From positions 72,100,687 through 72,164,686 of the forward strand of contig NC_054741.1 in the NCBI RefSeq assembly GCF_018143015.1: a stretch of DNA of 64,000 nucleotides, in the 5' to 3' direction. This document shows positions 38,876 to 48,599 of this stretch, piece after piece. Numbering within the stretch: the first letter of the stretch is position 1; every line of letters begins with the position of its first letter. The position numbers and the translations under genes are program-made. Source of the stretch: Lytechinus variegatus (lineage: Eukaryota). The notes beneath the pieces are model-generated. The model searched no databases and had not been told where the DNA came from. It saw only the letters and a program-made list of their open reading frames with translations.

Positions 38876-39020
38876 AGTCCGAACCATCCCTTTAATAATC
38901 AATAACAGATCATAAAACTAGATTGTATTGGGTCGGCAAAGAATTTTTTTTTTTCAGTCCGAACCATCCCTTTAATAATCAATAACAGATCATAAAACTA
39001 GATTGTATTGGGTCGGCAAA
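38876..39020. repeat. Direct tandem duplication of a 76-bp unit (cagtccgaaccatccctttaataatcaataacagatcataaaactagattgtattgggtcggcaaagaatttt).
   Basis: Two near-identical copies back to back. Confidence 0.7.
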
Positions 39021-40079
39021 GAATTTTAGCTGAAACATGCCTCCCCCACCCCCTCCCCTCCAAATGAAAATCGGACCTCTGGGGAGCGTTTCATGAAAGG
39101 ACTTGTCAGACGTTTTATCCGACAGTTACCATAGGAACATTGCTTATTAACCAATCAAAATCAAGGAAAGATGTCAGATCTGACAACATGTCGGACGAAA
39201 ATGTTTGTGGTAAAATGTACCACAGTCTGGGGCACGCGCGAATGCTCCCTACATATAGTACTGTGGGATGGGTTGGAGAATAGAGGATACATGCACATGT
39301 ACTATGGGTGTGTGCACACAACAATAGACCCAAACCCCCAAGCCCTGTGCATTCATCCATGCTTGGGTGCACAACTCAGCAAGGCTGCATTGTCAGGCCA
39401 GCTAAGGGATAAAATCATCACTTGAAGAGTCGACTGGCTGAAGACGAGGACGTCTGTTTACTACAACAACTTTGCTTCGCCTTTCGCCCTTCGAGGTTAT
39501 CTACAACAAGCTACTATATATCATATCAGCACCAGGAATACATCACATCTCAGCAGCAACATCACCACATAGTCTGCAAGTTTCTTTGGCCTGCTTTTTG
39601 GTTCTTGTTATTATTTTCACCGTGCCTGGCACCATCACTTTCTTGGTAAGTATCACTGATACTTCCCTTCTGTTAACCCCCTTTCCTTCCTTCCCAACAG
39701 GTTAATCCATAACCAATATTCTTATTATTTTACCACATGCTGATGAAACACTCCCCGGAGCTCTGCTCAACTCAAGTCTCAAAACACCACCCACCACCAC
39801 CAAGGCACCAGCAGTGCAGTCCACGCACAATCAACTCACCTCTCAGTCTCAGCTCAGTCTGACAAAAATGGGCATCATCACTCCATTTCACCACTACTAA
39901 GTACTAAAATAGTCTGTGAATATTTCTAAAGATGAGCCATTCTCAATCTTTGGGTCTAGTAAGATTGAAAACTAATTTACTTGTTCTTATATACTCACCT
40001 TGCTCGGCTCTCAGTCTCGGCCCTCTGACTTCACAATATTGCAAGTGCTGTATGCAATATGCATGCAGTCTTATTCATT

Positions 40080-40420
40080 CGCAAGCATAGCAGCAATGTA
40101 CAGTGAATGCTTCCGGATTCACACGCGTCTCAATGGCAACCCAAAATAGCTCATGACATAATTGGCTTTCCAAGTGATGGTGCAACCGTCGACCAATCAC
40201 TGGGCTTGCATTGGTTCCCAACCCCTGGGACGCCCTGTGTGAATTAAAGGGAAATTTGCATATTAACAAAATGAGTATGACGTAGTTCATTGACATAGTC
40301 ATAGGCAGATCGCTGTAAACGAGGAGGGGGGGGGGGGGGGGGGGGGAGTACTCTCGCTCTGAAAAGTCAGGCGCGAAGCCGGGGAAGGGCGGGGGTGATG
40401 ATGATCGCTCAAAAACCAAA
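40080..40420. promoter_or_regulatory. Candidate promoter / CpG-rich block. It has a palindromic CCAAT/ATTGG pair (gaccaatcactgggcttgcattggttcc), a CRE-like TGACGTAG, a G20 homopolymer (40326-40347) and a GC-rich Sp1-like segment ggggaagggcggggg. It could serve MVP, whose 5'UTR exon was not located, and/or a divergent transcript.
   Basis: Motifs were read directly, and local CpG density is clearly above the window background. No flanking coding exon was identified. Confidence 0.35.
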
Positions 40421-40867
40421 ACACCCACAGAAAGGGGGAAAAGGAGGATCGAGCTCAATCTTATTTTTTTCTCCTTCAAATAAATGAATGAATGAAATAT
40501 AAACGAGAGACCCCTGCTCCCCCTTCTCTCTAATTCTAAATTAGTATAACATCAATTTTGATTCCGCACTTAAATTTATCATGATCCTTTAATTCTCAAT
40601 CGAGCCTAGGTTATAGTTATATCATGCCAGCAAGTAACAAAATATACTTTCGGGTGTGGAACTTGCAGTAGAGTATGAAAAGTCATAATTTTTCCCATTT
40701 CCTATTAGTGACTTGGTGACACAAATTCCCGCACTACTAGGACCCCGATGAAGACTTACAATTTATACCCTTGCTTTTGTTTGGCTGTTGATCCATGTTA
40801 AATGGTAATAATATTTGTAACTCTTAATGAAACGGGTCAGGCATCCGGCAACAGGGGCCTGATTTTT

Positions 40868-40950
40868 TTTACAAACCGGTGTGTTGGCTCAGTAGGTATA
40901 TAGAGCATCCGTCTCACAACCGGGAGGTCGGGAGTTCAAACCCCGGCCAC
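40868..40950 (+). mobile_element. tRNA-like sequence, probably a tRNA-Val(CAC)-related SINE head or tRNA pseudogene, followed by a SINE-like body to about 41060.
   Basis: A box tggctcagtaggta..agagc and B box gagttcaaacc. Acceptor stem ggtgtgt pairs 6/7 with acatcac. Anticodon loop is ctCACaa. The genomic CCA and long D loop argue against a functional tRNA gene. Confidence 0.45.
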
Positions 40951-41199
40951 ATCACCAGACCAAAAGACGTTAAAAAAGTTGGGAGTTCAACCGTAAAGGC
41001 ATAGAGCCTCGTCAATCTGGCGCTGCACAGCGGCTATACTGGGCTCATGATCAATTAGGCAAAGCAAATTTTCGGAATATTTCATGTCATGTCTATTTCG
41101 ATCAATAAAATGAAATATTGATATGAAATATGGAATATGGCCGCTCAAAATTGTTTGTTTCCTTGAAGGGGTATTACAGTCACTTAATTTTAGCGTTAT

Positions 41200-41540
41200 T
41201 CTTATAAAACAACATAAATGTGTTATAATCTCAAAAACCCTGTTTAAATAGTGCGAGCGCAAAGCGTGAGCTAAAGTGTTTTTTTTTTGGGGGGGGGGGA
41301 TGTCATGTGTTTTGTCTGAAAATTTAACATTATAAATGTTTGTGATCCTGAACATAATGCGTATATGTAACGAGATAACTAACTGCTAACGGTTCAGGCC
41401 TGATCGAAAAGGGACCTGTTATGCGAAGCGCGATCAAAAAAAAAATCTGACCTAAAAATGGACATTCTAAGCACTTTTTGTAATCATGAATGGGATAGGA
41501 TGCAAGCGCAAAGCGCGACCGGAAAAAAACAAGATTATAT
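41200..41540 (-). repeat. Copies, in minus orientation, of the 120-bp satellite family seen at 46000-46800 (core gcgagcgcgaagcgcgagc).
   Basis: gcgagcgcaaagcgtgagc (41264) and gcaagcgcaaagcgcgacc (41505) are reverse complements of the ttcagctcgcgcttcgcgctcgcat core. Confidence 0.5.
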
Positions 41541-41574
41541 GGTAACCCGACACATGCTCCGGCGACGATTGCTC

Positions 41575-42835
41575 AAATGTTCAAATCTGTGACTATGCTA
41601 TCATCCTTTGAATAAAAGCAAATTTAATATCTAGTCGTAATGACGTCAAAGCAGTGGTACGATTCGGCTACAATTTGAAACTAATTTGGCCTTTACTCCA
41701 AGATAAAGACTTGCAATCTTTCAAAATGGTTATTCTTTCAAATAATGTTAACCTCAAATAAAATGATATATGTTCCATTCACATTTTCAGAAAATGAGCA
41801 AAATGCGATTTGTTCCAAAATCAGATCGCGAACAGTCGTAAGGTGTGCAGTGGTCTTAAGATATGAAACTTAGGATGAAACTGCTGTTTTCCCAAGACTA
41901 TGAAGCTTTTTCAACACATTTAATTTTTTTAATCCTTTGTACGTCACTGAGTGAAATCTCGCTTATTATGACCAAACAACCTCCATCGTAATCATGTACA
42001 AACACAATTCACATGTAAAAGACACAAACACATGAATAATTAAACTTGTGAGCAGATCATTATCCTGCTTCATTTATTGTATGAGCCCATGTCATATGCC
42101 CAATGTACACATCAGTATCTCGAATTAGATCACCATAAAATAAAAACAAAGATTGTAGAATAAGCTTGAAAAGAACAAGAAATATGAGTTCAGAAGAATT
42201 AAGCCTTCAAAATAGAAAAATCACTTTTCTTTACTCTGATTCATATATCACTTTTTATGAAATGTGTAAGAATAAGATATAGAATGAAAACTAAATTCTA
42301 GAACACAGTTCTTATAAATTAGCTCTGATAAAGTTGCAAGCAGGTCTAAAAATACAATATATTTACTGTCAAAATGCTACATATAAAGAGTTCTATTACT
42401 GGTAGCAAGAGCCAGAAGCAAAATTTATGCCAAAGCTTTGATGCAGTATATGTTGGGTTAATACACTTTAAGCTGCATTCGACCAGAGTCGATCAAGACC
42501 TGCAGAATTTTCACACACAAATGATATATATTTCATTGAAAATGAAAATTGATGGGTCAGGGATTTCAGTAACAGTCTTGGGCCAGTTCCTCAAAACTTT
42601 CACAAGTTTGAAGTATTTGATACAACTGACGAAACTTCTTTTATAACCCATAACATGTGTTGTGATCCAATGGGATGAGAATAACAGGCCCCAAAGTCCC
42701 AAGACGTGTCTAGTCTTGGCATGGAAACAAATTATAAACATAATCTTGATACAAGATGATGTACAATTGGAGTTAATCAGTATACTATGAGCATCCATGT
42801 TATTACGTATATGGTTTTGTAATCTTTTTTGCAAT
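41575..42835. repeat. Right arm of the inverted repeat pair (inverted copy of 20165-21890, lacking the MITE). It is immediately followed by 42835-43135, an inverted copy of 35830-36130.
   Basis: Direct reverse-complement comparison of both ends. Similarity ends at left 20165 versus right 42835. Confidence 0.85.
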
Positions 42836-43439
42836 TATTGCAGTGTAAATTACTAAGAGTCAATCCAGATATTGCACAGGAAACCAGCCTCAAAAATTTA
42901 GTTTAAGGAAGGAAGGAAATAGCCTTTGTTCTTATCAACAAAACAGGATATTTTTTGTTAGTCCAAGTTTCCCCCATTTTAGAAAAGAGGGTAGTTATTT
43001 CAATGGGCGTTGTTAAGCAGTAAACCACTGGGGCTATGTTTTCACAAGTACATGTACGAGGCTTTTCATCAGAGTTTTCAGTGATTTAAGTTGATAGGCA
43101 GAAGCTCATAAAGAGCGAGAAGAAATAGATAGGAGAAGTCCGAGAAGAAGGGAGAGATTGTAAAAGAAATAGAAACAGAAGTTTCTATGAATGCAGAGAG
43201 AGAGAGAGAAAAAAATAATAAAACAGGAGAGAGGGACGGGGGAGAATGCTTTTCAAGGAAAGAAAGGGAGAAATAATCGAGATAAAAGCGCTGATGGGAA
43301 ATTTAATTTGAGCCAAACTATTTCCGTTGAGCAATTCAATTAGGAATGTTAAAAATATATAGAATAATGATAATGACCATACAGCTTTAGTGAAGAAGCG
43401 TTGTTGGTTTTCCAAAAAAAAACAATAATAATTTTTCGG

Positions 43440-43700
43440 TGGATGGCATTTTCGGCGGAGCTATTATCAGCGAAGCATTTGTCCCTACATGCGGAGCAAA
43501 TATTGGCGGAGCAATTGTCGCCGGAGTATGTGTCGTTCGGGTAGCATTTGTCGCCGGAGCATTTGTCGCTAAATGTGGAGCAATTGTCGGTGGAGCAACT
43601 GTCGGCGGAGCAAATGTCGGCGGAGCAACAGTCGGCGGAGCAAATTTCGCATTTTGGGGAGCATTTGTCACCGGAGCAATCGTCGCCGGAGCATGTGTCA
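43440..43700. repeat. Minisatellite with a 15-bp period, about 17 units of ggagcaaNtgtcgNc. It is stop-free in frames on both strands: (GAxVG)n-like on the + strand and (APPTV)n-like on the - strand.
   Basis: The period was read directly. ORFs 43387..43701 (-) and 43439..43822 (+) are both open through the array because the 15-bp period avoids stops. Confidence 0.6.
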
Positions 43701-44261
43701 TGGATTCGATTATATATATATATTTATCACAAAAAAATCACAATCAGATCGTAATTTTTACGTTTTTGTATACATGCACGATTTTGGAAAAAAATGGGGG
43801 TGGGTGGGGGGGTGGGGACTGAAGCCCCTAACCCCCCCCCCCAGCCCCGAGGCCCCTGTAGGCTACTTTGGCTTTTCACCCCATATGTGGGCATGAAATT
43901 CGTTCCGTACTATACGGTATAAAAACATTTAAAAAAGTAAAAGATTTCTATCAAACTTCATTCAGTATCCCTAAACGTCCATCTCCTCTCTTGCAAATTG
44001 AATTTGAATTGAATTTAATTGCTTTGCGCCCTTTATTCGGAATCTTCAATGCCCAAGAAGTTACACATCTGCCTTTCTTTTCTTTCAAAGTTTGATAAAT
44101 CACGCGTGTTTCAGTGCTTTTCGCGTGACGTTTTTGTGTTCTAATTTCCTCGTAATCAAGTTCTTTATAGAACATCAAGAGCGGGAAACCTTGTAAATTA
44201 TGATATCTGAATTTTGTTAACAATGGGATTAAACATCTGAAAATTCCGAGCGACATCGTTA

Positions 44262-44271
44262 TGCGCACATA

Positions 44272-44300
<29 letters not shown>
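44262..44300. repeat. (AT)n/(TA)n dinucleotide microsatellite followed by a T-run and a G-run.
   Basis: acatatatatatatatatatatatatatttttttttttgaggggggg. Confidence 0.8.
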
Positions 44301-44302
<2 letters not shown>

Positions 44303-45999
44303 TTTGAGGGGGGGGAGGCAGAGTCAAGTTATGATGAATTTTTTTGGGAGTATAAAATTTCTTTGTTTTGCGCATATTGTTTATGTTGTTGTTTACTTCT
44401 TTTGCCCGTATTCTGATAGTAGGCTTAACTTAAACTCAGGTTTAAAGTTGTGGTTTAAGTATGGCAAGCCAAAAGTATCAACTTTTTTTTATTCTTATGT
44501 TTACTGTGCTCTCTCCTGATTCATCGATGGTGAAGACAATCTTTTATCGATACTTCCTAGATAATTAGGAATGATTTGAGAGCCAAATGAGTTGAAGCAT
44601 GATATCTCTATTGATTTATGTAATAATTGGCTATCCATACTTAAACCACAACTTTAAACCTGAGTTTAAGTTAAACCTGCTAACAGAATACGGGCCTATG
44701 TGTTTTATATTAAAAAATAATTCCAAAATATGGACTTTGAATGGATCTTTTGATTAAATCTAAATTGGAATCATCTGACATTCAAACAATCAAAATTTGT
44801 ACTTCGCCTAATAATTTCAATTTTAAAAGTATTATCGGGTGGTCGAAAAAGAAAATAACACAATTTGGTAACTATTTAGGGCTATACAAAATATCAAAAT
44901 TAACGACAGTGCAAAAAGAGTGAAACCATAAAAACAAAGATAACAACAAATATCGTTGATATTCTCAAAATCACGTATGAATACAAAAATAAAAATTACA
45001 ATTTTTTTTAAAAGATTTGATATGGTTGCAGTACATAGGCCTACGGACAGATAAAACCCCCAAAATATCCAAAAATTTATACACAGAAATACAGAAAGTG
45101 ATGTAAATATGTAAATCCAACCGTGTCATGAACCACTAGCGGATCCAGGGGGGGGGGGCACAGCTTGTCAAATTTTCCTCGGGAAAATGTGCCCCCCTTC
45201 GAAAAATCCTGGATCCGCCAAAATAACATGGAAAAAGTGTTGGAACTTAAATGTAATCATGAACAAGGCCGCAGTGAAGCTGGGCCTACGGATGGGGGAT
45301 GAGGACTAGGAGGCGCCCCCCCAAAAAAAAAAATCACGACCAAGAAAAAGAAAAGGAAAGGGAGAATGGTAAAATATGGTGTATTTCCTGCACTGGCGTA
45401 AATCCCGGGGGGATGGTCTGTACAAACATCCCGACCACTTTATACGGAAGAAATAAAAAAAAAAATCACAAGAGATAATTGTTTTATTGGTGAAAATTCT
45501 TCCTAAAATACCGCTTAACAAATAAAACAATATTATTGAATCATAAAATGCAAATAAAGAGCCAGTTCACCATTTCCAAATGAAATACTTATGTCCTTAT
45601 TATAACATTGAAGAGAAACCCCCGTTTCTCCAAATTCATCAATGTTGGGGTTTTGGGGGAAGGGATTAAGATGGAATGTCAAAAAATTTTGAATGTAATC
45701 TCTAATAAAACCATTAAACCATCATGGGGTAAAAAAGATAATAATATCGGAGGGGTATTTGCCATATGGACATACAGTGGCGTAACTACAGGGGGGGCAT
45801 GGGGGCACATGCCCCCCATCGACTGACCCCCCCCCCCAAAAAAAAAAAGGGGAAAAGGAGAAATGAGGGAGAAAGGAAGAGAAACGTAGTGGGAAAGAAG
45901 AAAATATTCATTATAATGTTATATTATAATTATGTTATGTTACATTACATAAGAAACATTTTTATCATAACTTTATGAAACATAATTTGCCCAGGGCCT

Positions 46000-46800
46000 G
46001 CGTCTTCATTGTTCCTGGTGCTCGCATTGTCTGTTTAACGAGATATATAATCCTGTTGTACTAAAACATCCCGTTTTCAAGTCAATATAAACCAAATATA
46101 TTTCCTAGCACTTGAGTTATCATTTTTTTATGTAGTGACATATGCTTCTTTTATGACTCAAAAAGTGATTGCCCCATGTTAAGGTCTTCGTATATAAACA
46201 TTTCCTGTCCATGATTACGTTCGCATTAGTGGATTGGTGAGATATGTCTTCTCTTCATGAATTCCTAAAATCAGTCCTTAAAATGTCCCTTCTTCTGATC
46301 TGAACATCAACATTTTTCAGCTCGCGCTTCGCGCTCGCATCATTTGGTTAATGAAATACGTATATGGTCCTAGTTAATTCCTACAAAGAAACCTTAGAAT
46401 GCCCCACTTCAGGTCTGAATTATCTAAATTTTCAGCTCGCGCTTCGCGCTCGCAATATTTGATTAGTGAGATGCTTTTGATAATCATGATTGCAATGACT
46501 ACAAAAAGTGTTTCATGTGTTTAGATGTAATTCTAATAAAAATCAGCAAGCGCTTGGCACTCGCATTAGATGGCTGTGGTGAGATATGCATACTCTTAAT
46601 GGATTCCTAAAATATATTCCTTAAAATCTCGCTGTTTGGGGTCAAAATATACGAAAATTCAGCTTCGCGCTCGCATTGTCTAGCAAGACAGGTACCTATC
46701 ATGGTTGCACAAATTTGATTGTAATGTCCCTTTTTAGGTGTGAATATAAAAAAAATTCAGCTCGCGCTCACTCAGTGATCAAAAATTTTGCTGGTGCCCC
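46000..46800 (+). repeat. Tandem array of about 6 copies of a 120-130-bp satellite unit. Each unit ends in ttcagctcgcgcttcgcgctcgcat.
   Basis: Core motif recurs at 46318, 46432, 46548 (variant), 46657 and 46758, with similar intervening sequence (gattggtgagatatg...ttcctaaaat...ccttaaaatgtccc). Confidence 0.65.
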
Positions 46801-48599
46801 CACAATGCCGTGACCCACGGTACGCCACTGTGGACGACAATTCCTTGCATATCTAAAAACATGATTGCAAAAAAATGCCAAAATATTTCAGTAATCCCCC
46901 CACCCATCAACACGGATTTACGCCAGTGATTTCCTGTATGCCATGTCAGAATCTATCACAAAATTGGATGTTTGGAATAAAAATGTCGAAATTAAACAGT
47001 GTTGGATAAAGAACAAGCCGCTTCGTCCCCAGCTGGATCCGCCTACACCCCTCCGATCCCCCTTTAGAAATATTGGGCTTGAAAAAATTCGACCTTTGAT
47101 ACTGAACTGTTGAACGAACCAGTATGTCGCCCTCACTTGTTTACATTTGAGACGCGAGATTTGAAAATATATTCTGAAGCAGCAGCTGCGGCATTACTTC
47201 ACACCATGGCAGGTATTTTGCGTGAACGATTTTCAAATATTCCTCATAGTCATACTCAAGAAAAGACGAGCTTGAATGACTCTTCTACTTATGACAAAGT
47301 AAGTTTTAAATTTTTGTGTATTTGGGATGAAATTACTGGGAAATTCAAATCGAAGAGCCCTGCACGGTCCCACACATCTGATTTACGGTAGGCCTACCGG
47401 TCACAGACACAGACACACGAGTCACTTGTTCACTGCTACCACCACCCTGCCTGTGATGAATCTACAGGTAGGACTATGGTATGCCAATGTTGTACAGAGC
47501 ACACACTTCAAAAAATCATTTTATTTCGTAATTCTGGAGAAATTACAGGAGATCCCGCCCGCGCATGCGCAGTCATTACGTTCGCAGCATTGATTTTGGC
47601 AGTCATTTTCCGCCATTTGGGGTAAGATAAAAATTGCTTTTTCTTCCCCTTCTTCGAGTTGGTTGCTGGAAATTATGCGCTAGAGCTCTTTTCTATTACA
47701 ACCTCCTTCTGATATCGACATTGGGTTCGAATTGGAGTACTTCATGACAAAAATACGATTATGATTCGTGATTTCTTGAATGTGGGTACCAGCCCGCCGG
47801 CGACTCAGTCGCAGCGGAGTGCGGTTTCTCCACCGGGCCAGACGCCGGCGAAGCCGGGCGCAGGGACCCGTTCCACGAGCCAGCAACCAGCGTCGCATCA
47901 ACAGTCTTCGTATTCGACTTCGTCGAATACAGTTAACTTCATGACAAAGGAGATATGATTGAACTCTGTCGGGCTTTTCGGGCATAGGTACCGATATGGC
48001 ACTATTGAAAGCCAAGCCCAATAAAATTGTCAAAAACATAAAGATAAAGGAGATATTAAATCTCCGTCGGGCTCTTCGGGCATAGGAACCGATATGACAC
48101 CAACAAAGCCAAGCCCAAAAAGAATAAACCTTCCCCCTCAACTTCAAACTCTGAGTTTGAGGAGAGACTAAATTAGAATCGCTTTGACTGAAGCACTGGA
48201 GAACCAGGCTTTTCAGAACCAGTCAGGGAGCCAGTTACTCCCCAGGCATAGGTCAGCCATTATCAAGATAGTATTCTGAGGCTGTCTTTTTACGATGATA
48301 ATAATGGTTATGATGATCAGAATTCTTAAATACAGCTCCACGCAGGTCAGGTCCATGTGACCAATGTCAATGATGACAATTCGCAAGCTCCAGATTTCGA
48401 GAGTGGGGAAGTTGAATGTGATGTGGGCCAATTAAGGCCCAGGCATAGCATTAGCCGCTAAGTTTGCCCAGCCCCAAGAGATGGGGCACGGCAATTGATA
48501 ACCTTGGTCGATATGCCAAGAGTTAATGCTCCCATTTGGGATCTAACTAAAACAAGTAGGCAAAACTAGACAAAGAAACCTGCAACTACAAAAAAAATT

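Noticed and set aside
39422-39705. ORFs 39422..39649 and 39472..39705 with a hydrophobic stretch ending at a strong GT donor
   Set aside because: It could be a first exon encoding a signal peptide, but no downstream in-frame exon was found in the window, and a TATA-like motif sits inside the ORF. I keep it only as a possible non-coding first exon under the promoter finding.
40075-40479. ORF 134 aa (-) containing PPPPPP and G/P runs
   Set aside because: The frame is open only because of the G20 homopolymer and the GC-rich promoter-like block. There are no supporting splice sites, and I treat the block as regulatory or UTR sequence.
47680-48147. ORF 155 aa (-), arginine-rich
   Set aside because: It comes from a GC-rich, internally duplicated repeat (two 100-bp copies of ...gtcgggct(t/c)ttcgggcatagg(t/a)accgatatg...). 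It is basic low-complexity, has no homologue I recognise, and lies within the TE cluster.
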